From the NCBI GenBank assembly GCA_000388065.2, contig KB932213.1: a stretch of DNA of 6,758 bases; one strand, 5' to 3'. The position numbers and the translations under genes are program-made. Within the stretch, counting starts at the first letter, position 1; every line of letters begins with the position of its first letter. Shown one piece after another: positions 1 through 6,459 of this stretch. The notes beneath the pieces are model-generated. The model was not told where the DNA came from. It saw only the letters and a list, made by a program, of their open reading frames with translations, and made no database searches. This DNA comes from Fonticula alba ATCC 38817. Taxonomy: Eukaryota; Protista; Nucleariida.

Positions 1-23
1 GGGGGGGGGGGGGGGGGGGGGGG
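1..23. repeat. Poly-G run (at least 23, truncated by the window edge)
   Basis: Seen directly. Confidence 0.97.
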
Positions 24-494
24 CAGAGGCAAAAAAAGCCTGAGGACTGGTGAGACCTCGGCACTGGCGCGGACCCACGGACCCCGCGGCCCCTCCCCCG
101 CGGGGGCGCTCACTTGCCCCCGACGCGGACCATGTCCAAGCGGTTCTCACGGGCGTGGCGCGATAGGCGCCGGGCCGCGCAACGAGCCTCCGGCCGTGCG
201 ATCCGTCCCGACCCACATGCGCTGGTTCCCCGTTAGGAGAGAAGAGCGGGCGGGGGGTTGTGGGAGGACGCGCGGCGAGAGGGGCTGTCAGCGTGGGCAG
301 GCGAGGCCGCATGTCTGCGCCCACGCGCGAGCGTGCCCTGCCCCTCCGGGCGGACTTCTGCGAACCGAGCCCCTTTCAGCCCCGGGTGCCCTGAGCCCGG
401 GGGACAGAAGGGCTCTGGCCAGGGAGGCGGAGATGACTCATTCCCCGGCTAGCCCTGTGGGCGCCATGATGGGCGCCGGCATGCAACAGGCAGC

Positions 495-510
495 GAGAGA
501 GAGAGAGAGA
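495..510. repeat. (GA)8 microsatellite
   Basis: Seen directly, inside a purine-rich block at ~490-570. Confidence 0.95.
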
Positions 511-807
511 GGCAGCGCATGAGGCAGGGAGAAGCAAAGGGAGAGAGGGAGCGAGAGGCAGAAAGGGGCGCCCTGGGGCCCATGCGGCCTGGCCGGCAAC
601 CCGACGCGCGCGCATCCGGCGACGCTCACATGCGCCAGCTCCCGCCTGCCAAGGCCGACCCAGCGCCTCCGGCAGCGGCGGGCGGGGGAAACGGTCACGC
701 CCGGCCGGGTCAAGCCACAGCGGCCCACGTAATGCCCGGGCCTGTCTGACCGGCCGCCACACGCACCAGAAAAGCCACGGCAGCCACTGCTGGCACACGG
801 CTCTTCC

Positions 808-823
808 GGGGGGGGGGGGGGGG
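808..823. repeat. G16 homopolymer
   Basis: Seen directly. Confidence 0.97.
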
Positions 824-1043
824 AACCCGCCCCGCCACCCCCCGCCACTGGCCTCTGTTGCCCTGGGGCCCGAAAACCCGGCCCGTTCGCCATCCACCGC
901 CGGCCAGTCACACGCCCCCGACCAGAAACCCCCAGGGTGGAGGAAGCAAGGGAGGGGGCACGCCGGCGAGCGCGGTGTGCAACTCCACCCGGCCGGAGTG
1001 GGCCGGTGGCGCGCCCTGTGCGTGGGCTGTATCATGTGTCCAT

Positions 1044-1049
1044 TGTATT
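1044..1049 (-). terminator. Candidate variant polyadenylation hexamer AATACA
   Basis: Lies in one of the few AT-rich islands downstream of the stop (TTAAGAAATACAATGG on minus); a second AATACA is at 1280..1275. AAUACA is a known minor metazoan variant; its use in this organism is unknown. Confidence 0.25.
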
Positions 1050-1282
1050 TCTTAAGAACGAGAGTTGCATCCGGAGTCTGATGTGTGATCTGCTGTTTCA
1101 GCGTGAGAGGTGCTTGCAGAAAGAGGCGGGTGTCGTGCTTGGAGCCGGCCCTCTCTCCGCAGTGTGGCGGACAGCCCCAGGGACGCCACTCGCCCGCTCG
1201 CCCGCCCGCCCACCCGCCCGCCCACACATGAGGCTGAGCACGCCCTGCTCCGGATGTGGATGGAGGCTATTTGATGTATTTT

Positions 1283-1302
1283 TCTCTCTCTCTCTCTCTC
1301 TC
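1283..1302. repeat. (TC)10 microsatellite
   Basis: Seen directly. Confidence 0.98.
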
Positions 1303-1474
1303 TGCACAAACGACGGTCATGTCTCGGGGGGAATATGGACGGATGCCGGGCACACACATGCACACACACGCACGCTCCAGGGGGGGATAGAGTACACACG
1401 CGCGCACGCACTCGCGCGGCCGCGCAGGCCCTCGAGCGGGGCACGAGGAGGAGGTGGTGGGACATATGAGCCGG

Positions 1475-1500
1475 GAGAGAGAGAGAGAGAGAGAGAGAGA
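1475..1500. repeat. (GA)13 microsatellite
   Basis: Seen directly. Confidence 0.98.
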
Positions 1501-1696
1501 GGGATAGAGAGACGGGGGAGGAAAGGAAATGATACAGACGAAGGGAAGGAGGGACGCGCAAGGGGGAGGAGACAGAAGATGGCCATGTGCAAGTGCACAC
1601 GGATGTCGAGACACACGCACGCGCGCAACTGGCTGCGGCGGCGGTGGACCCTCTTCTCACGTCTCCCCCCTCACCTCCCGGCTACGGGGACAGATG

Positions 1697-1714
1697 GAGA
1701 GAGAGAGAGAGAGA
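1697..1714. repeat. (GA)9 microsatellite
   Basis: Seen directly. Confidence 0.95.
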
Positions 1715-1997
1715 GGGAGGAGCAAATGCACGCAAAGACACACATGGGGTGGAGATGTGCCTGGGCATGTGCAAAAAAATACACCCACAGCCCATGTGCG
1801 CGGCCGCCCTTCAGGGGCGGCTACAAGGAAGGGAGAAGGCAAAGAGAGAGAGGAGAAGAAAGGGAGAGAAGATGCCATAACAATTGGCCGATATCGGGGA
1901 GATGGGCAGGCGCGCGCGAGGGGAGGAGGGGGGATGATATGCCACGCCAGCCCCTCGGCAATGTGCCACCCGCTGTCGGGCCGATATTCGCACACAC

Positions 1998-3405
1998 TTA
2001 GGACGAGACGGCGGCCGGGGTGGCGGCCGAGGGCTCGGCCGTGGTGCCAGGGCCGGGGCTGGCGGCGGCCGCGGCCGCCGCCGCCGCAGCGGGGGTCGGC
2101 AGGACGGCCTCCAGCGGGGCGGCCGCAGGGTCCGCCGCGGCCACCGGGAGCGCGGCCGCCGCCGCATCGAGGGCAGCCTTGGGGGGAGCGGCATCGGTCC
2201 CGGCGACCGGGGCAGCGGCCGACGCCGTGGCCGCCGACGCCGGCGAGTCCGAGGCGGTGGATGTCTCGGCCGAGGAGGGCGACGCGGTGGCAGGCACCGC
2301 CGCGTCCGCCGGCTTCAGAGGTGACCCGGTGGTGGTGGCTGCAGCAGCAGCAGGGGCACCGGCGACCGTCGGAGAGGGAGAACCGGCACCCTCGGCATCG
2401 GCCGCGACCGGGATGGTGGTGGTGGTGGCGGCGCCGGCCCCGGCAGGCAGCGGTTGCCCCCCGGCGGCAGTGGGGGTGGCGGCAGCAGCAGCACCAGCAC
2501 CAGCAGTGGTGGCACCTCCGCCACCGGTGGTGGCCAACAGACCCATGGGGTTGTTGGCGGCAGCGGCCGCGGCGGCCGCGGCCGCGGCCGCGCCCAGGGC
2601 ATTGGCCGCGCCCAGGGCGCCGAAGCCCAGCGGCGAGAGGGCCGACTCGGCCCCGAGGCCGGTGGCCTGGGGCATGGACAGCAGGCCGCTGGAGGCCAGG
2701 GCCGCCAGGGAGGCCGGATTCAGCGGAGGCACACCCCCCGGCGACAGGCCCAGGGCACTGGCCAAGGCGGCGGAGCTCTGCTGCTGCGACAGCATGAGGT
2801 CCTGCCAGCGCCGGGCATTCAGGTCACCCAGCAGGCTGGAGGAGGCGGCGGCCGCGGCCGCGGCGCCGGACAGGTCCGGCAGGGCGCCGGACACCGACAG
2901 AAGCCCACCACCGGGGGAGCCAGCCTTGGAGGGGTCGGTGCCGGCGGCGGCCGCCGCCGCCGCGGCAGCCGCAGCCGCAGCCGCAGCCGCCGAGGGAGAA
3001 TTCCCCCCAGCCGGCAGAACACCCCCCAGGAGGCTCTGGCCGACGGAGCCGGGCAGAACCCCGGCGGCCGAGGCGGCCGCCGACAGGGGATTGGTCAGGA
3101 GCATCTCGGCCGCCAGGAGCAGCGTGTCGATGGAGCGATTGCAGCCGCCCTCGGCACCGTGCGTCGGGCACACGGACCCCGGCAGGACCGGCGGGCAGGA
3201 CCCGGCCACGCCGCCGATGAGCCCGGAGTTGGTGGCCGCCTGGAGCGAGGAGTGCACCGCGGCCAGCTGCTGGAGCTGCTGCGGGGTCAGCTGGGACACC
3301 AGCTGCGAGGTGGACAGCGACAGGGGCTGGAGCTGGGCCTGCAGCTGGGCCTGGATCTGGGCCTGCAGCGGGGGCGGCAGGGACTGGGCCTGCTGCAGGA
3401 GGCGA

Positions 3406-3436
<31 letters not shown>

Positions 3437-3660
3437 GCTGCTGCTGGAGTTGCAGCTGCAGCAGGAGCTGATACTGCTGCTGGTGGAGCTGCGCGTGGGC
3501 GGCCGAGGGGTGGGCGGCGGCGGCCGCGGCGGCCGCAGCGGCCGCTGCCTGCTGCTGGGGCGACTGCTGGCCGGCGGCCGGGGTACCGGGAGTGCCGGCG
3601 CCCGCGGCGGCCGGGGTGCCCGGGGCCGCCTGCGCCGCCGCCTGCTGCTGCTGTTGCTGC

Positions 3661-3701
<41 letters not shown>

Positions 3702-3934
3702 CTGCAGGAGCTGGAGCTGCTGCTGCTGCTGCTGAAGAAGCTGGAACTGCTGCTGGACAGTCATGCCGCTGACATTGAGGGCGGCCAGCTGGGACGAGGG
3801 AGACAGGGGGGTGGCCACCGGGGACAGCTGGTTGGCCGCCGCGGCCGCGGCCGCAGCCGCCGCAGCCGCCGACAGGTGGGGATACCCGGACAGGGTGAAG
3901 GGTTGCCCGGCGAGGCCGGCCAGGGGGAGATGCG
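1998..3934 (-). CDS. Coding exon 4 (terminal): poly-Gln/poly-Ala region with a Sin3-interaction-like helix
   Basis: Acceptor CTTCCAG|CG with CTAAT ~30 nt upstream; phase matches the exon 3 donor; open to TAA at 1998 in the frame of ORF 1998..4157. Confidence 0.88.
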
Positions 3935-4118
3935 CTGGAAGATGAAGAGAGAACATGGGATTAGCTACGGGAGGGGCCGACGAGCGAGGGATGTAGGGGG
4001 AGGGGGGGGGAATAAGCGAACGGATGCGTGCATGCGTGTGTGTGTGTGTGTGTGTGTGTGCATGCGCGTGTGTGTGTGTGTGTGTGTGCGTGTGTGTGTG
4101 CGTGTGTGTGTGTCTGTG

Positions 4119-4158
<40 letters not shown>

Positions 4159-6282
4159 TGTGTGTGTACGTACCGCCAGCAGGGAGGGACAGGAGAGGGC
4201 TCAGAGTGGCAGCCGGATCCAGGGGAGAGGACAGATCCGGCAGCGGGGTGTCCACGGAGATGAGGGCACCGGGCTCGGCGCCGGTACCGCTGGCCCCGGC
4301 CCCGGCCCCGGCCCCGGCGTCCGGGGCATCGGTCGTGGCGGCATCACCGGCCGCGCGGGTCGGAGTCGAGGCGATGCCCGCACGACTGCCGGTGCGCGCG
4401 CGCTTCGCCGGCGAGGCGGCCCCCGCGGCGCCCTTGCCGGAGGCCCCGCCGGCGCCGGAGGACTTGATCATGGCCCCGGGGATGCCGGTCAGGCCAGCCA
4501 GGCTGCTGGTGTACGGACCCAGGGGAATGCCCGGGGGGACGATGCTCAGCCCGCCGGGCGGCGGGGTCGGGCTGCCGGCCGGGTCGGTGGAGGTGCCGGC
4601 GGCGGCGGCAGCCGCGGCGGCGGCCGCCGCCGCAGCCGCCGCCGCCTCAACGGCCGCCGTCACCGGCGAAGTGCGGCGCGAGCGCTTGCGACCCTGGATC
4701 GGCGTGGGACCGGCGGCGGCCGCCGGATGCAGGGCAGCCCCGGGGGGAATGGCCAGGCCGGCGGTCGGACCACCGGGCAGAAGACCGATGCCCGGGGTGC
4801 CGACCCCCGAGGCATTGGAAGCCATGGCCGCGGCCACGGCCGCCGGAGACCCGGACAGGCCGAGGGCATTCCACTTCTTGACCTGGCCCTCGAGCAGATC
4901 ACGCCACACCTGGGGCAGGGTGCCGTTGAAGCGCCGCGGCCGGGGGGACGTCATGCCGGAGGTGGCCGACATGGCGGTCACCGCGCCGGGGTTTTCCCCG
5001 GAAGCACCGGCGGCCCGGGGAGGAGTCGGGCCGCCACCGACCACGGCCGCCACGGCCGCCGAAGTCAGGACCATCATGTCGGAGTTGGCGGTCATCTCGG
5101 CCGCCAGCCACACCAGCTCGGCATGCAGGTCGCACACGCGGTCCTTGAGGATCTTCTTCAGGTGGGCCTTGCGGATGATCTCGCGCTTGTTGTTGGTGGT
5201 GCCGGCGCCGGCGCCGGCCGGCATCGGGGACGACGCATCCGGCGACGGGCTGGAAGAAGCACCCTCGGTGAGGCTGGCCGCGGCGGCGGCAGGGTCGGCC
5301 ATGGCCTCGGCCTCGGCGCGCTGGAGCTCCGCCTCGAAGCACTGGGCCAGATGCTCCTTGATGGTGGCCGGACGCATGAAGCGGCTATTGCACCGGGTGC
5401 AAAGCATCGCATGGAAGGAAGTGTGCATGATGACATGGGACTCGAAGTGCTCCTTGGACTTTTTGATGTGCTTGCAGCAGCCGAGGAACTGGATGTGCGA
5501 GGGCGGGGGCGNNNNNNNNNNNNNNNNNNNNNNNNNNNNNNNNNNNNNNNNNNNNNNNNNNNNNNNNNNNNNNNNNNNNNNNNNNNNNNNNNNNNNNNNN
5601 NNNNNNNNNNNNNNNNNNNNNNNNNNNNNNNNNNNNNNNNNNNNNNNNNNNNNNNNNNNNNNNNNNNNNNNNNNNNNNNNNNNNNNNNNNNNNNNNNNNN
5701 NNNNNNNNNNNNNNNNNNNNNNNNNNNNNNNNNNNNNNNNNNNNNNNNNNNNNNNNNNNNNNNNNNNNNNNNNNNNNNNNNNNNNNNNNNNNNNNNNNNN
5801 NNNNNNNNNNNNNNNNNNNNNNNNNNNNNNNNNNNNNNNNNNNNNNNNNNNNNNNNNNNNNNNNNNNNNNNNNNNNNNNNNNNNNNNNNNNNNNNNNNNN
5901 NNNNNNNNNNNNNNNNNNNNNNNNNNNNNNNNNNNNNNNNNNNNNNNNNNGGGGGGGTGAGGCGGCACGTACCGGGCACTGGGAGCCGATGTACGGGCAG
6001 CGCGAGCGCGAGCGGGTGTCGACGTTCTGGCGCTTGCAGCGGCCGAGCTCATTGAGCGGATCGTGGACGAGCATGACGTGAGCGTGGTACTGGATGACAG
6101 GCGGGCGAGGGGGGGGGGCATGGTTAGATGAGCCGGAGGGCTGGGCGTGTGTGATCGGGCGCCGGGGATGCACGCACGTCGGGGCCGCGGACGCAGGGGG
6201 TGTCACAAACGCGGTCGATGCCATCGGGGCCGCGTTCGACGAAGCCGCATGGCTCCGGGGGGCCGCCCTCGTTCTTGGTCAT
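1998..6282 (-). CDS. Spliced 4-exon CDS, 1157 aa: zinc-finger protein (2x C2H2 + 1x C2HC) with Ala/Gln-rich low-complexity body; probable transcription factor
   Basis: Manual model join(6282..6178, 6089..5973, 5488..4174, 3934..1998). All three introns are GT-AG with matching phases (0, 0, 1) and the total 3474 nt is divisible by 3. Start is CTCGCC-ATG at 6282, stop is TAA at 2000..1998. Splicing rebuilds C12-x13-C26-x12-H39-x4-H44 and C73-x4-C78-x13-H92-x3-H96; C104-x2-C107-x12-H120-x3-C124 lies within one exon. Caveat: intron 2 contains an N gap. Confidence 0.85.
3408..3434 (-). repeat. (CAG)9 encoding Q9
   Basis: Seen directly, in frame with exon 4. Confidence 0.95.
3642..3704 (-). repeat. 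CAG/CAA repeat encoding Q21
   Basis: 63 nt of CAG codons with CAA interruptions, in frame with exon 4. Confidence 0.95.
4036..4112. repeat. Imperfect (GT)n/(CA)n microsatellite in intron 3
   Basis: Seen directly; interrupted by CATGCGC and CG units. Confidence 0.98.
4119..4158. repeat. (CATGGG)6 hexamer tandem repeat in intron 3
   Basis: Six perfect units at 4119..4154 plus CATG. Confidence 0.98.
4174..5488 (-). CDS. Coding exon 3 (438 codons + 1 nt): fingers 2-3, helical islands, NLS-like motifs, poly-Ala
   Basis: Acceptor CATCCAG|TTC; same frame as ORF 3965..6121; encodes FLGCCKHIKKSKEHFESHVIMH and CTRCNSRFMRPATIKEHLAQC; donor GGCG|GTACGT (phase 1). Confidence 0.9.
5489..5972 (-). other. 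Intron 2 of the CDS (nominally 484 nt, 439 of them N)
   Basis: GTACGT donor, CACATCCAG acceptor; the join gives CP|FLGC, the Cys pair of finger 2. Confidence 0.8.
5512..5950. other. Assembly gap (439 N)
   Basis: Run of N flanked by G-rich sequence on both sides. Confidence 1.
5973..6089 (-). CDS. Coding exon 2 (39 aa, YHAHVMLVH...RCPYIGSQCP), His half of finger 1 and first Cys of finger 2
   Basis: Acceptor CATCCAG|TAC with a CTAAC branch site at 6127..6123; donor CCG|GTACGT; 117 nt, phase 0/0. Confidence 0.85.
6090..6177 (-). other. Intron 1 of the CDS (88 nt)
   Basis: GTGCGT...CATCTAAC...oligo-C...CATCCAG; removal restores the canonical C-x12-H spacing of finger 1. Confidence 0.82.
6178..6282 (-). 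CDS. Coding exon 1 (35 aa, MTKNEGGPPEPCGFVERGPDGIDRVCDTPCVRGPD), Cys half of finger 1
   Basis: ATG at 6282 in GCCATG context, 105 nt, ends GAC|GTGCGT (phase 0). An in-frame TGA lies upstream in the spliced leader (6463..6461). Confidence 0.8.
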
Positions 6283-6359
6283 GGCGAGAGGAGTGGTCGA
6301 GGGGAGGGGTCTCGACGAGAGGCGCGCAGAGGGGCCGGTGGGCGGGGGTGGGGCGGTTT

Positions 6360-6459
6360 CTACAGGGGTGTGTTGTGGTTATGGGGGGGGGCGTGTTAGA
6401 TGGGTACACAGGGGGGAAGGGCAGGAGGGGAGTAGAGATGAGGGTGCATGGGCGCGTAC
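6360..6459 (-). other. Probable 5'UTR spliceosomal intron (100 nt)
   Basis: GAG|GTACGC donor, CATCTAAC branch site (CTAAC 6399..6395), C-rich tract, CCTGTAG acceptor; same signals as the coding introns. Confidence 0.7.

Larger units (their letters stand above)
3935..4173 (-). other. Intron 3 of the CDS (239 nt), microsatellite-rich
   Basis: GTACGT donor at 4173, CTAAT at 3964..3960, CCAG acceptor at 3935; an alternative in-frame AG at 3965. Confidence 0.85.

Noticed and set aside
438-441. ATGA stop-start overlap on minus (MAPTGLAGE* followed by MSHLRL...)
   Set aside because: Resembles translational coupling, but both peptides are short, featureless and without evidence of expression.
808-846. 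G16 followed by a C-rich tract as a terminator-like hairpin
   Set aside because: Pairing is imperfect, there is no U-tract, and intrinsic terminators are not expected in a eukaryotic nuclear locus.
196-1227. ORFs 196..522, 376..1227, 438..911, 519..749, 858..1055
   Set aside because: Arg/Gly/Pro/Ala-rich with no recognisable motif; expected by chance at this GC content.
937-2194. ORFs with ERERER, SLSLSL, THTH or CVCV runs (937..2001, 1052..1660, 1267..1620, 1529..2797, 1657..1995, 1811..2194)
   Set aside because: Translations of dinucleotide microsatellites or off-frame readings of exon 4; no coding signal.
2560-2592. Clusters of GCGGCCGC palindromes
   Set aside because: By-product of alternating GCG/GCC codons in poly-Ala tracts.
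2868-4243. LPDLS occurring twice (4243..4229 and 2882..2868) as CtBP-binding motifs
   Set aside because: The CtBP consensus is P-x-D-L-S; here Leu occupies the Pro position, so it does not match. The recurrence is noted but unexplained.
5339-5401. Finger 3 as a UBZ4 ubiquitin-binding finger
   Set aside because: The C2HC ending is similar, but the spacing is x12 and the Asp of the H-L-D motif typical of UBZ4 is Ala (HLAQC).
2020-6055. Long plus-strand ORFs (2020..3471, 2454..5960, 4028..6055)
   Set aside because: Antisense shadows of a GC-rich CDS. Translations are codon mirrors (poly-L, poly-C, poly-A, VCVC), two are extended artificially through the N gap, and none has domain-like content.
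5385-6224. ORF-track starts at 6224 and 6121 as the gene start
   Set aside because: The ATG at 6121 lies inside intron 1, and the ATG at 6224 is out of frame with exon 1. Only the ATG at 6282 with splicing yields complete finger 1.
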